A DNA stretch of 55,422 nt, filler included, from Trypethelium eluteriae (Eukaryota): the NCBI GenBank assembly GCA_051942245.1. It is 3 parts of 3 records of this genome, joined end to end, with 100 filler letters (N's around TTAATTAATTAA, not from the genome) between each part and the next. Parts side by side here need not be neighbours in the genome. Positions count along the whole stretch, not along the records: positions 18,545 to 36,935 come from JAVECL010000566.1; positions 37,036 to 55,422 come from JAVECL010000567.1; 1 more part is not named here. The stretch is one strand, 5' to 3'. Position numbers and translations under genes: made by a program. This document shows, in pieces, positions 28,091 to 42,057 of the stretch. The notes below the pieces were generated by a model. The model was given only the letters and a program-made list of their open reading frames with translations, was not told where the DNA came from and ran no database searches. Each line of letters opens with the position of its first letter. Within the stretch, counting starts at the first letter, position 1.

Positions 28091-30106
28091 TCATACACTG
28101 GTAACCCTTCCAGTAGTCACGGCTTTCCTGGGCTGTCTCAGACTAATCACGCTCTCCAACTCCCTGAGCATGCTCGTCTCCGCAGTCCGCTTCTCCATGA
28201 GACTCGCCCTTGTCTCCCTCTCATCGTGCATTTTCGCAATGCGCTCTTCCCGACTCAGGACCGACCGCTGCTTTGGCAGCCCAATCGCCTCGAAGACCTC
28301 TTCGTCCGACTCGCTCGTTAGGGATGTGGCCGACGACAAGCCAGGCGGCTCGCCGTTTAACGCGCGGAGCGCATCTCCGGGACTGCCTCCTCCAGTGCTC
28401 TCATCGACGACGGTAAGACCGCCCAAGCTGGGCACGGGAGAGCGTAGGCCCGAGGAAGAAGCGAGAGAGACGCGACGTTCGTGCTTATCGATGTTGAGGG
28501 CAAGGGATTTCTTGCCTTCTTCCCAGGCCTGCTGGAGGGACTTGAGATCGGCGCCGATGGATTCGTACTGCTGCATGAGCGTGGAACCAAGCTCGGTGAC
28601 GTCCTCAGAGGCTTCGAGGGTCTTATTTGACTCTTCGCGGAGGAGCTGCATTTTGGCTTGGAGGCCGCGGATGCCCTGGGAGAGGGAGGTGAGTTTGCGG
28701 ACTTGATTGCGGAGGCGTTCGCGACCAGGTGAGAGGGGACGGGCTTTGATTGGAGTTTGTGGGACATTGAATTGTTCTTCTTGATCGAGAATATCAACGA
28801 GATCTTTGATGGAACTGGCGATCGCGACGAGGAGACTATTCATGATATCAACCGCTGCACGCCACCGTAGAAAATCAGGTTTCTGGCCGTCGGCCCGGAG
28901 AGCAAGCAAGCAACAGAGCGTCATGCGTTGGAGGATGTTGAGACGATAGTGATGGAGCTTCAGCGCTTTGAGATTCTCCAGTTCCTCCGGCTCCAGGTCG
29001 TCCAGGCCTAAGACGGCATCTTGCAGATCTTGATTACCAATTTCGTACACATCGAGATACTTTTCAAAATCATGTTCGTCCGCTAAATTGCGAAGTGCAT
29101 TGTATGATTCTGCAAATTGAGGTACGACTGCCGCAAACGAAGTACGCAGCGCCTTCCTTAAGCGCTGGCATCGACGAGTTTGCGTTGTTTGCATCTTTTC
29201 TTCAAGACGTGTTACCGGAGGTAGCGGACTGCTAATTCTGTAGCCTCTAGCAACCAACTCGACTTCTTGTATCAGTAGGAGAGCGGAGCTGGTGCTTGCG
29301 TCCAGACCCTGTATGTGGGCGACAAGGGTCGACACAGACTCGACTGCTTCTTGGCGAAGATAACGTAGCCATTGTCGTCTCGCGGAGACGTATATACCAA
29401 TGATGAGAAGTGAAAACGCCGACAACACAATGAAGACTCTCAACCTATTTGGTCCCGCAGTCTGCGATGGCCTGGCCCAATTTAGCAGCCATACCAAAGC
29501 ATAGGCCGTCAAAGCTGTGGCTGCTGCTCCGACAGTATTGATTGGTATTGCTTGCGATTTCTCAAAGTTCGATGACTGTTCCCGTGGACTATTGAGCTGA
29601 GGAATGTTTGGTCGAAGAGCGCTTGGTCCAGGATTTTCGGTTAACAATTGGGATGCAACGATAATGTAGCGAAAGTGTTCGAGGAAGCGCGTGTGGTCAG
29701 CGCGACCCATCCGTGAGTTGATCGTATGCTAAGATAAGGCTCTCGCGTCAATTACTCGTGGACAACGAGCTGCTTCCCAGGACAACTTACCAACCACGCA
29801 TCATGCAGCCTTCCCACGACAGTGATGTTGGGTTTCTGCAGTTGAAGCCTCGCGGGGAGCTTATCTTTCAAGCGCGCACGTATAGCAGCAGTGCCCCGCG
29901 GAGCAAATGATGGCTGAGGTTGATGGGAGCTATTTGACCTGACGTCGGCCTCGAAATCGGAAGTCTGCTGTGGATCGCGCGTGCCTTCGGCTATCAAAGC
30001 CATTAGTCAAACCTAAGTCGTCTTGAGGCCTTGTTGGATTGTAGGTTTTGAACACACCTTCAAGGTATTGAGCCAGGGGGGAGTCTTCGAGGACAATGGA
30101 GTCCAT
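28091..30106 (-). CDS. Vezatin-family (myosin-binding domain) membrane protein, VezA-like
   Basis: Start MDSIVLEDSPLAQYLE; intron 30057-29991 plus a second intron near 29730-29790. Motifs FLEHFRYIIVASQLL, two TM helices, LIQEVELVARGYRIS and C-terminal MLRELESVI. Confidence 0.85.
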
Positions 30107-32534
30107 TAGGTTCGCATGATCGAGGCGCGTGCCCAAGGCTATTGAGCCGCGACGATGCCAGGAGGTAGGAGGTAGCGACGGCACGGAGCAAAGTCAATCA
30201 CGTGAAGGGTTCTTCAGCAGAATGGGATGAAAGTCGTCGTTACTGGTACACAGCGGGCAACAAGGCATCTCTGACTTCTTCTCGGAGGGTTGACGTGCTA
30301 TCAATGCGCAGATGAGGCCAAGGATCGTGGAGGGGAATCAAGGGTGGAACCATTCCGATGATTCGGTTTTCGTCTCCTGTTTCCTGTTTCCTGTTTCTAG
30401 GTTGTTTCCAGGACAGGGGCACAAGCGCCTCCGACGCCGAGGAAATTGCGACCACATATGTAACATCATTCCCACCTGCATCGCGCTCTGCAATCTTTTG
30501 GGGCTGAATTTTCAGAGTTTGATGGATTGACTGTCTGACGGTATGACTCAATTGCGTCGTGATTGGTCGAATTGATGTCATAATGTACGTCAGATTGCGG
30601 CGTCACTCATATCGTACGGGAGACCGGCACTCCGTTTTCTTATTGAAGTAACGATCTTTCGAGGTGGAAGAACGTGTCTTGGAAAACAACGCATTGCATG
30701 AATACGGTGTTTAAGCAAGTCAAATGCCGTAAAACCGTCGCCGATATTGGCTCTTTATCTTTGTTCTCTCTACTTTTTTACTTTCGTGCATTCGAGTGCA
30801 CTACGAGGTAGCCGTCAAGGTTCAGAGCGAAGTACGGAGTAGGCATCTGCCGACTACGGAGTATGCTGACTCTAGATTTGTAAACTTAGAGTAACAGGCT
30901 CGACTCAGACCTCCTCGTAGAATGTGACTAGGTAAGTATGGATCTTGAGCTCCGAAGAAGTGTTGATGATGCACAAGATGGCGGGGCAAGATACACATAA
31001 TACTCCCCAAGCCTGTGAATTGTGAGATAGGATAGCTGGTCCTTCTTGCGAGTCTAATAGTGATATACCCCTAAAAGATATATTATGGTTCCACTATGTC
31101 CCTACTCCACTGGGGACTATCGACCAAGATATCTACCACATTAGGAAAGACAGCGGCTGAAGTGAGAGTCTGCCGAAGGAGTGCATATGGCGGCCGAAGG
31201 ATCTGGTCAATAGCAACTTCAGAGTGCATCGTAGCTACGCCGTACCTGCGTTTCCAGTCACGAATTTAAGTCGGAGATCCGGTTCCAGTTTGGTCAGCCT
31301 CGGAATAGTAACTAATCATCACGCTTGAGGAAATGGCAAGCTGTTTGTCGTTCACCTCTAGTTTCGTTGGATGACGGTTGCGATTCCAACCGAAATTTCG
31401 GACAATGTCGTGATAACGAATGCAATCATGGCTCGAAACGTCCATGCACCTGTCTACCTGCTTCAGGGTCCTCAAGCCCGCAGAGATTGGAAAGCAAAAA
31501 GTGCAGGGGGCCGAAGTGAGGGACCAACACTATCTTCTAAAGTATCCGGCGATACCTAGGTAGAGTACCTCATACCTACGCGGCAGACACGGCAGTGCGG
31601 CGTCAATGCCACCCACTCCGGACTTGGCCTTCCCTCACCCCTTCGCGCTCTTACTCTAACAGCGCAGTAGCATCAACCTGTAGCAGTAGAAGCACCGGCT
31701 TTTGCGTGCACGTTTGCGAGGTAGGTTTCGTCTTTCGCGCCTTTTGAAGCGTTCCCGGAGCTGCCTCTTTCTGTCACTCGGGCCGGCTTCGCCCAGTCCA
31801 TGCTGAGAGCCCTTGATGGCGCTGTCGAAACACTCAGCATCAGAGAGCAACGTATCGTCACGCCGCCCTCAAGATGACTCAGATGAGGCCGTGCCTGGCC
31901 TAGATACGGTCCTCAGATGCAATCCGGATCGCTCTAACACTAGCCATTATCCGGCCATGAGCCTTCTTGCGTCCCCCAATAGGTTGCGTGTACTTTCATT
32001 TAGTCTTCTCTTTATGCCTCCTGCCACTTCTATCATTCCTTAACGTTGACCCTGTGGCGTCGAGTCTTCTAGCCTTTTCGTTCGTCAGGCGCGAGATTAA
32101 AAGACCCATACATACAGGCCTCTTTCAGCCCTGGCACGGCAGTCCGCTTCTCATGCAGTACATTGCACTATCTGATGCACATACCCCTGAGGTCATTTTT
32201 TTTTTTCTTTGAAAACTCATCGTGGGAAGATTCATGACAAAGGTATCTAACAATTTCCCACGATCTCGATTTCGTCTCATTCTCGGGTTTGTCTACCATT
32301 CGTTCTTTCCCTATCCGATGCTCCTTAGCTTTTTGAACATATCCTCGAGCAGATATGTCTTGGCCAACACATATATCGCCCCCTTCACCCAAGCTCAGCC
32401 GGTTCGCTCTAGGAGCACCCTGTTTCCCAGCCGTGGATCAACAGAGCTACCTACTCTGGTCACCTCCTTCACCAGTATCATCCTGGTCTCTTACCCCTGC
32501 ATCTTACGACCACCTCTTTCGAAGAATCGCGTCC

Positions 32535-33503
32535 ATGGACGAAGAGCAGCGTATTGCCGCCGCAAAATCGAGCGTGAGCGAAATTTACAACGCTCTCAGC
32601 ACTAATCCTTCGGCCTGGCAATTCTCCCTTACAACGGCGCGTGGAGCCATGACCGCGATTGACGCAACAACATACATGAGGCGCGGAGACCAACACGACG
32701 ATCAAGTGTGGCTTGTGAACGGCTTACAAAAGCTTGCGTACCATGAGCCCGATGTGGGAGCCGTAAATGACATCTCTGAGTGGTGCCTAAGAAGCTGGCT
32801 TGTGATACTCCAAAATCATCCGAATAGCGTAGAGGTCTTGAAAGGTCAATACTTTTCAAGTTCTGCCAGTCACCCGAACTACTGACGCCCTCACAGGTAT
32901 TGGACAGAACTGGCTACTCAAAGCTCAGGCGCCACTCGCTCGAATACATCGACAAGAAGTCAGCTCGTCGTCAAGCGGAGCCAGCACTGGACGATCTGCT
33001 ACGTTCGCGTCAATGGAGATAACCCGAAGCCAAGAGGAACGAGCAGCGACACAACAGGCCGCTGAAGCCGAGGCACGTCTTGGGCTTCCTGACTACGTCG
33101 AAGCTCGAGCGATCCTTGTGCCGGCCACCGAATATCTCAGTCGCGCAGTTGAGAATCTGGCCGGGCAGGACACGACGTCCGGAGAGCTTCTCTCAATGGT
33201 ACACTAGCGCATACTGCTTCGCTGAGTGGCTTTTTGACTACTCTTACGTTGTAACCGAAGCAAAAGCTAACTTGTAGCATAGACGGCTGAGGCCTACATG
33301 AACCTGGGCAACGTCTCTTACGCTCGTGTTAATGAGGGATACTTTCGACAAGCCGTGACCTACCTACGGCGAGCAGCAGCTATTGAGGGATACGTACTGG
33401 CGTCGTATCTACAACAGTGAGCAGCAGGTGCGGACATGGTTGAGTCGATTTGCTAATGCGGGAATACAGATATTTGGACGATTTCGGGCGATTAGTGGAG
33501 TAG
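32535..33503 (+). CDS. Uncharacterised helical (TPR-like) protein, 4 exons
   Basis: Translates as MDEEQRIAAA..LQKLAYHEPDVGAVNDISEWCLRSWL..VEVLKG|IGQNWLLKAQ..DYVEARAILVPATEYLSRAV..|TAEAYMNLGNVS..YFRQAVTYLRRA..|YLDDFGRLVE*. Canonical introns link the ORF pieces. Confidence 0.75.
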
Positions 33504-34470
33504 TCTTAACTTCGAAAGAATTCGATGGGGGAAACTCTTTCTCCTGCCCGGAAGCTTGCTTGTTCTATGTTCGAATGGCTTTCTATCTTGAATACTTGGT
33601 TGATTTCTGTTGCTTGAAGCGCAGGATGCTCTTTTCTTTCGCTCATTTGACGCACTCGAGCGCTGATCTCTTTCAGATAAGGGACGCAGTTAGCTTTGAT
33701 GCGACGCTTCTATTACATGAAATAGACTTGAATTTTTGCACGCATGATCCATACAGCTTTTCATTTCTGCCTGACCTACAAGGTCACCCGGCACCTCGCG
33801 AAGCTGATGTCTCTTTTCTGAGTTCTCAAAGCTCTAGAAATTTCGCTGGCCTAGACGAAGATCGATAAGCAGATCAAATCGTAAGGTAAGATACCCAGTT
33901 CGCCACCAAGCCACTATGCTTACTCACGGAGACGGAACTGAAGGCCGGTGCCCGGGCCACTCATGATCAGCATACAATGCAACTTTACTGTTCGTCATGA
34001 GCCAAAGGAGAAGCTGCGTCATTGTCAGCGCCGGTCGTTGCTTTGTCTGGGGTAGCGAAGTTTAGGCGAGTCTCGCTTGACACGGGCACTAACGAGACAG
34101 ACATGTAAGCGGCAGGAAGGTGCCCTGGGCGGTGCTGGGGGTCGGACGTTCGGTTCTCCGTAATGAGCCGTTGGCCGAATCACCTTCAACAACGACGACG
34201 ACTACTACCCACGCTACCACACCTCAGATATCCCCATTATCTTCGTCTGTCGTGATCACGACTTACACAAATGTCGTTCTGTACCTAGACCTGCCTGGAA
34301 CTTGCAAATTGCCGCTGCAGCCGTCGAATCTTCCCAGCAAAAATTGAGAACTCTAAGCCTCGTGAAAAAACCATTCGCTTTCACCAACGCCGTCTCGACG
34401 CAACTGGAAGAATCTGAGCGAATTGCGCCGGACCTTCAGGAACGCTCAGCCTCACAGCTCTTCTAAGAAC

Positions 34471-34912
34471 ATGCTGGACGAACGAGAACTCGCGCTCCAT
34501 CCGGTAGTTCAGGATAGCGTGCAGCACAACAACAGAGTAAACCTACCCTCTTCCTCGACTAACGCCCTCATTTGGCCTATCCCAACCCTGGTCTCCCTCC
34601 TTTCCCGTTTTCATGTCTGCTTGAGGCTAACATTATATTATGATTCAGACGGTTTCAAACATCCGCAATCTCACCGCCTCCCTATTCGGCGTCGCCGCCG
34701 GTACCCTCGGCCTCGAATCCTGGCCTGGCTTCCTCTTCTACCTTCTAGGCACCCTTCTTGTGTCCCTGCTCATCCTAGTTTGCCGGGCTGAGAATGCGCC
34801 AGGAAAATATTTTCATCGTCCAACAGCTGAGCTCTGGGGTGGCGACATGATGAGCGGGCTAAGTAGCTTTGTGCTGACTTGGACGTTGTTTTATGGGCTT
34901 GTCAGGGCATGA
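34471..34912 (+). CDS. EMC6: ER membrane protein complex subunit 6
   Basis: Translates as MLDERELALHPVVQDSVQHNNR|TVSNIRNLTASLFGVAAGTLGLES..SSFVLTWTLFYGLV. Intron 34537-34648. Confidence 0.92.
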
Positions 34913-36067
34913 AAATTCACCAGTGGGCTCGGCAACGAGTCATTCAGGTCTGATAGGGCTGCATATACTCTCCGCATTCGACACCGCCTCCGCCGGCTCA
35001 GCTCCAGTTCGTGGCAAGACCGAACGATGGATGCGGGATGATCCGCCTGGGTACTATCGCCATTTATGACTCCTTGTGGCTGGTGGTATACAACAGTCCT
35101 ACTAGCCAGCATTTGATGAGGCCTTTGCTGACAAAAGTGGCGAGATGCGGGTCACATAATCGCTAGAATCATTAGCGACATCGCGCCAAGCACTTCGATG
35201 TTTCGCATATGTGGTATTGCAGCGTAGATTGGGAGGAGTGGTTGATCGTAGGCTACGACCTGTGTCAGCTCTGTTTGGAATAAGGAGCTTCCAGAACGTT
35301 CTCAATACCCATTACCCGTCACGATACTCTTTATTGAGCACCGTATGATTTGCGTTTTAATACATCTGTAAAATAAAAAGTCCGATTTCCCTTTTCCGTA
35401 ATTCCGGCAAATGGATCGACTGTGTCTGGTGCTGTCTTGAGGTCTTTTTCTTATCCATCCAAGCAGCTTTAAAAAATTTACATCAATCACAGATTTTACC
35501 ACTGTAGGTATCTACACGCGAAGCCATATATTTATGATCCCACCGATATGGAGTACTGACTTTTGATCTCCATAGCCCTATCCCGTTTCACTTGGACTGA
35601 AACGACTAGAGCACCATCGTCGTCATTATAATCACATGCCCCTTCCCTACGTGGTTACCCTTGGCTACCTTTGAGTCTTGACTTCTGGACTGGATTTTCT
35701 ACTTACGCAACCGATGCTGATGGCTTACAATATTCCCTTGAGCAAAATTATTTCAACAGTATTGCATCCATGCTGTGCGGGTGACTACGGACCGCTATGC
35801 TCCAGGACAACATCAGTGGATGGGCGAATAAGCCAAGAAATAGAGTTGATTCAAGATCTATCTGTCCACGGGTTGAAGCAACCAAGAACGAGGACAGAAA
35901 GTTGACGTCAAAGTGCCATACGCTCGAGAAACGCAAATTGCTTTTCATCCCATCTAGCCGCTCCATTGTGAAATAAGAAAGAATAAATCACTTCCCCGTC
36001 TCCGCTAGTCCCGGGTAGTAAACTCCAGTAAACGCTATCACATTCGCATGTTCTTACTTTCACCCCT

Positions 36068-36935
36068 TCACAATGGCTTCCCCCGAATGAACTCGCTCCA
36101 TCTGCGTACTTCACTAGGTATCTCGCCCTCTTTCTTCGGCAATTTAGCAGCCATGCACTGAGCGAACAACATTGCTGTCTGAATGGTCCAAATGTTAGTA
36201 TCCAGCAAGTTCATCTCCGGAAGAAAAAAAAGGAGTTCCAAAACGGGGTGTGGGCTTGGAAGGCTGAACTCACCTTGGGCTCCATGAATAACGGCCGACC
36301 AAAATCTACAGCGTTCCTCCTCATCACATAATCTTCGTCCAGCATGCTACTTGCTCGTGCCGCCGCCAAGTTGAACACCCCCCGAACATCATACCGCTCA
36401 AACACCTCTCTCAGCGCCCTCTTATCCTCTTTTGGAAATTCGATCACCTCAACCGTGACACCTTCTCCCCCTTTCTCTTCCAAGTGCCTCTTCACCTCCT
36501 CAGTCACGGCAAACAACCGAAAACCCAAGGGCTTCAACACCTTCACAATCTCGCCCAACATCCCAGTCCCCGTATCCCCACCAAACAGCAACCCCTCACC
36601 TGGAACCGGCGTCCGGAAATTCATCATGCTCTGCGCCGCCGTCCAGTATGCCTCGATCAGGTCCTTGCCGAAACACGCCATCTCGCCCGTGCTCGCCATC
36701 TCGACGCCAAGGTACGGATCCGCGCCCGCGAGCCGGGTCCACGAGAACTGGGGCACCTTGACCGCAAGGTAGTCGCGGCCGGGCGCGGGTTGGTCCGGCT
36801 GCGGTGATGATGATGGTGGGGGCTGGATGAGGTCAACGGGAGCGGGGGTGTCGCGGCCGACGAGGACACGGGTGGCCACATCGATGAAGTTGGTGCCTAA
36901 CACTTTGGAGACGAAGGGGAAGGAGCGGGAGGCAC
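36068..36935 (-). CDS. CPA2: Arginine-specific carbamoyl-phosphate synthase large subunit, 3' part (truncated by gap)
   Basis: Motifs ASRSFPFVSKVLGTNFI, VKVPQFSWTRLAGADPYLGVEMASTGEMACFG and MGS domain DYVMRRNAVDFG..EPK|TAMLFAQCM..EVRRWSEFIRGKPL*. Confidence 0.92.
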
Positions 36936-37035
36936 NNNNNNNNNNNNNNNNNNNNNNNNNNNNNNNNNNNNNNNNNNNNTTAATTAATTAANNNNNNNNN
37001 NNNNNNNNNNNNNNNNNNNNNNNNNNNNNNNNNNN
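36936..37035. other. Artificial contig spacer (N44-TTAATTAATTAA-N44)
   Basis: Same linker as 18445-18544. Confidence 0.98.
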
Positions 37036-38070
37036 ATTAATTAAATATAAAAAGAAGATATAATAATATTAGAACTTAAGAAGGAAAATATACTATTAAA
37101 AAGAATTTAATTAAGCTGGGAATTAATAAAAAAAAAAGTTAATTCCTTTATTAATATATTTTACACAATTTTAAAAATAATATAAAAAAGATCTTATTTC
37201 TTAAATAAAGCAACCTTCTTAGGTTTTCCTTTTTTAAACTTAAGGTTTAGAATATTTTAAGTTTTATTAAAAGCTAAGGATTATTAATATTTATAAAAAA
37301 ACTCTAATTACTTTTATAAGTAATTAATTTTAATTATAAATTTTATTATTTTATCCTAAACCCAATTTATTTTATAATTAATTTTATTAAAGTTAACCTT
37401 AAAAAAAGCTAAATTGCAAAAATAATTCCTCTTTACACACTCTAAATATCTTTAGGAGTTAAAATTAATGCAGCAGTCCAATTTTTGACGCATATAATTG
37501 CGGCAAGAATACATTATAATAAAAGCCTTATAAAATTTAGTAATAAGATAGTAACAATAAAGTATGGAAAAAGCAGGAATGCGGGCGGAAATTATAATAA
37601 TTAAACATATTACCAGCTGTTATGTATACCACACCAGAATAATTATTAGGCTGATAATTAAGAAGGGGAGAGGTAATATTATAACCCAGCCGCATTAAGG
37701 CTAAATGCTATCTCCTTTATACTTACTGCAAGCGTTTTATAGACAGGTTGTAATAAGTAAAAGTTATGTAACTAATTAGTAATAATAAGCCACAGATTAG
37801 GATAAAGTAATTTAGGGTAATTACCCACAGATCACAAGTTATTACACTAATTAATAGCAATTAACCTAAGATTAGTAAAGATTTAATCAGAGGGAAAACA
37901 GCAATAATTAGGAAAGATCACAAGTATAAATATGTAGGAGGGAACCAGCTTAACTAACTCCCTCGCGTTTTATTATCATACTAAAACTGTACTTACAGTT
38001 AATTACAAGCCAAATTAAACAAGTCCTTATTTATTACCAAGTTGTTCAAAGCTTAGTAACCCTTCTTACA
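37036..38070. mobile_element. Strongly AT-rich, RIP-degraded repeat/transposon relic (class not identifiable)
   Basis: Extreme AT content, abundant TpA, scarce CpA/TpG, no ORFs. Lies at a contig start and abuts a truncated gene. Confidence 0.55.
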
Positions 38071-41000
38071 TCATTGGATCCTTGACACTCCGCTCCTACG
38101 TGAAAAACTCTGAGACCACTCTACATACCTGCTACAAGCTGTGCTTGTACTAGGGAGTATAGGCTCATAACAGGCTCACATAGTCTTAGACCTGCGCCGG
38201 GTTTGCATATATTTTATACACAAAGCGCTTGCGACCTTAACCAAGTCTGATATAAAGGAATTAAATGCTTATTATAAGAAATACTATAAGTGGCTATAAG
38301 ACCAACTTTAGCTAGCAAAAGAAGGCAAGCCTGGTCCTAATAGCAAGCAGTGGATGTTGGATAACAGTTCAGAGCGTTGTAAATAAATGCATAAAGTAGC
38401 CACATCCAGTGTTAATGGTGAGGTGGTGTGCTATTTAGGTCCGCATTTAGCAGCTATGCTATATTACGACACCCCGCCCCTTAAATTAATAATGGGAGAT
38501 AAGCTACTCTATAAGTATTACAGCAACATGCTTAAGGCACATCACTCCTTCTATCACATAGCTAGTCTCCTTTAGTTACTTATGCATTATAATCCGCGCT
38601 TGCGCATTCTAGAAATTGGTAATGGAACTGGCGGTAAAATATGCTACGCGCTTAATGCCTTAGGTATGGCTTAAGCAGGGGGTGCAATGGCCTTATTATA
38701 TTACTTTATTAACATTTCCGCAGCATTCTTTAAGATAGCTGCATCTAAGTTTTTTAAGTAAAATAAGATTATGCAGTACAGCACCTTTAATATTAAAAAA
38801 GACCCAGCCAGCTAAGGACTTAAAAATAGTAGCTATAATATTATTATTGCCTGCTAAATATTGCACGCAATTAAGTCTATAGCTAATACCATGGCAAATA
38901 TACGCAAGTTATTAAAGCCTGGCGGACATATTTTAATAATAAAAACAACCAAAGATTAGGTAGATGTGCAATTTGTCTTTAGGCTACTCCCTAGCTGGTG
39001 GCTTAGCAAAGAGAATAAGAGAAAATCTAGCCTGTTTCTAAGCCTCCCACTTTAGGACTAAATTTTAAAAGACATAGGTTTCACAGGGATTAATCTTAAA
39101 GTCCATAACTGCAAGAGTAAGGAACTATACTTAATAAGCACTATTATATTAACCGCTCTACCCGCGGTGCGCCCTAGACTTACTCTAAAAGATATTGTCC
39201 TTATTATTAGCAGCAAGGCGCCTCCCTTAAGCAATTAGCAGAGGTCTTTACAATATTTAATTGCCGGTATAATAACTATTAATAAAGCCTTGCTAATTAT
39301 GCAGACCCTAGAGTCTTTTAATGCATTAGTGTATATAAGAAAAATCTATGTCTTTTTGGGTAAAGTAAATTAATTATTACTGCATAATTTTAATGCAATA
39401 AAGCTTAAAGGCATTTAAGCAATAATTGGGTTCTGCAAGGGGCTTCTTTAGGTTACTTATAAAGGCGCGCTTAAATATAAGCAACCTGATTGCGGGCTTG
39501 CATTTAGCTTTATGCGTATATTATGGAATAAGTACATAGGCCGCAAGTTTTTAACCCTAGATTTAGACCCTAAAAAGCCAGCATAATCTAATAAGACCAC
39601 GTCAACTTTTGTCCAAATCTTAAAGACAGAGTTTGCAAGTATAAATAGCACTTCTTTATACAATGCACCTAGCAAATTTAAATACGCTGAGCAGGATAGA
39701 TGCATTCTAATTCTAAGATTACACAAGGATATGGATGGAAATAAGAGCATTTTACCTAAACTAATTAATTACTCTGCAAAAAATAGTATATTAGTTAAAC
39801 TGTTTTATTAGGTGGACTATCCTCTAAGCTTGCAAGTTGGTATCCCTAGTCTCTTAAACACAATTATATTTAATTATAATCTTTGCTTAACCATCCGCAA
39901 TAATACCGCCATTGCGGAATACATAATTTAGATAAAGCCAAAGGTGTATAAAGTTAATTTTCGCCATGTCCTAATAGCTTTAGCCCAGCTAGAGGAGCGT
40001 ATAATGGGCCTGGAATGTGTGGGTATTATTATAAAGGTTGGCGATCTGGCTGCGTCCCATGGCTACACTTTAGGAGACCGTGTTTTCTGCTTGCTCTAGG
40101 GTCCTTTCGCCAGTTATGCGCAGACTGAGTGGACCAGCGTTATGCAGATACCTGCTGGTCTTAGCTTTAAAGAAGCTGCCAGCATCCCCCTTGCCTTTAG
40201 CGCAGCCTTTATCAACCTCTGCGACATAGGACGTCTGTAATACGGCCAGTTAGTGCTTATACATGCCGCTGCTGGTGGTGTTGGATAGGCGGCAATTATA
40301 ATTGCACAGCACATCAGCGCTATTATCTTTGTAACTGTAGGCTTGTCTAAAAAGAGGGAGTTAATTACCAGCAGGTATGGCATACCATCCAGTTATATAT
40401 TCTTTAGCTGGGATGTATTATTTATGCGCGGTGTTCTTTTAGCTACTGGCGAGCGTGGGGTTAATATTATACTTAATTCGCTAGCTAGGTTACTGCTGCA
40501 GGTAAGCTTTAATATTCTCGCACTATTTGGGCACTTTATGGAAATCAGAACTCACGACATTAAGCATAATAGCAGCCTTAAAATGCGGCCCTTTACTCAT
40601 TCGGCATCCTTTTTGTTAGTAAATGTTTTATCCATAATGCGCAGTTAAGGGGGAGACATTTATTATGCTCTTACCCAGATAGCTTGCCTATTAATAGGAA
40701 ATAATATTACACCAGTCTAGCTAATCACCACCTATTTAATTGTTAAGGCTGCTTAGGTGTTTAAACAGTTTATAATAGGAAAGAGCATAAATAAAGTGGT
40801 ACTTACAGCTGACCAACATAAGACCGTCCCCATACTTCTGCGCTGTTAAAGCATTAGGCTTCGCCTGAATGCCTCTTACCTGCTTATTAGCGGGGTTAGT
40901 AATATTAGGCGGTCTGTAATAACTTGGATAATTAAGCATAGCGCAAAGAATCTGATACTTTTATTGCGCAGTACCGGCAACCCCCAGAAAATAGGACGCT

Positions 41001-42057
41001 TTATGGCAGAGACAATAGAAGAGACGGGTTATTAAATTAAGGCGATTAGCTGTGACGCTTTAAACTTAGCTGATTTAGCCTCAGCACTTTAAAAGTGCCA
41101 ACATAAGCAGCTTCCACCAGTCTAAGGCATCTTGCAAGCTGCAATGGTCCTTTAGGTATATTCACCAAGCTGTAAACTATAATTAAATTAAAAATCTAGC
41201 TAATAGCTCTTTAGGACGTCTTATTTGAACAGATAACAATCCATAATTACAAGGCTGTTATCCTACCCAAAGTTAATAGCACATAGAACCTGCATTTACA
41301 GTTCCCGGGTGCTGATAATTTTGACTTCTTTATCATCCTTTTATCCACTTATGGCATTCTAAGAAGTGCTAGCCAATTAAACTACGCGGCTGGTAATACC
41401 TACATGGATGCACTAGCGCGCTGGCGTGTGGGTCGCGGTTTACCTTGTGTATCCATTAACCTTCCGTCTGTTAAGTCTGTTGGTTATATTGCGGAGACAA
41501 CAGGAGTTCAGAACCGCCTAACCCAGCTTGGTTATGTATCGCTTAATAAAGAAGTTGTGCTTAAACTGATCGAATTGGCCATGCTCACGCCTTATTAGGG
41601 CCAGGTTGTGGCAGGCCTCAATGTCAGGCCAGGTGGGCACTGGAATCCGGACGCCGCTGCACAACTTAGTCATAATGCGCGATTCTGGGCGTTGCAATAT
41701 CGTCATCCACAGCAACAGCAAAAAGAGGCTGGCAGCGGGAAAGGGAATAAGGACTCGCTTCGCAGTCAACTTGCTGGTGTTTTGTCGTACAATAAGGCCG
41801 AACGCCTTGTAGGCTAGGCAATTGTGCAGAAGCTTGCTGACATTTTTACGATTCCCACTGAGGACATTAATTTGACCAAACCACCTGGCACCCTTGGTGT
41901 CGACTCTTTAGTTGCGGTTGAGCTGCGTAATATGCTGAGATTTCAAGTTGCCGCTGAAGTCTCGAGTTTTGAGGTCATGCGGAGTGCATCTTTGGCGGCT
42001 CTAATGAGCCTTGTCGCATCGAAGAGTGAGTATGTGAAGTTAACTGGTGTCTCGTGA
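38070..42057 (+). pseudogene. Highly reducing type I PKS, C-terminal half (cMT-ER-KR-ACP; LovF/SQTKS-like architecture), RIP-inactivated
   Basis: Reading through stops gives RILEIGNGTGG (cMT, 38603), KLLKPGG, LLPSWWL, NFRHVL..MGLECVG, LIHAAAGGVG*AA (ER, 40256), GILQAAMVL*|D, NYAAGNTYMDALARWR (KR) and [13 protein letters not shown] (ACP, 41893). Many in-frame TAA/TAG stops. Intron 41156-41214. KS-AT-DH are not visible. Confidence 0.92.
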
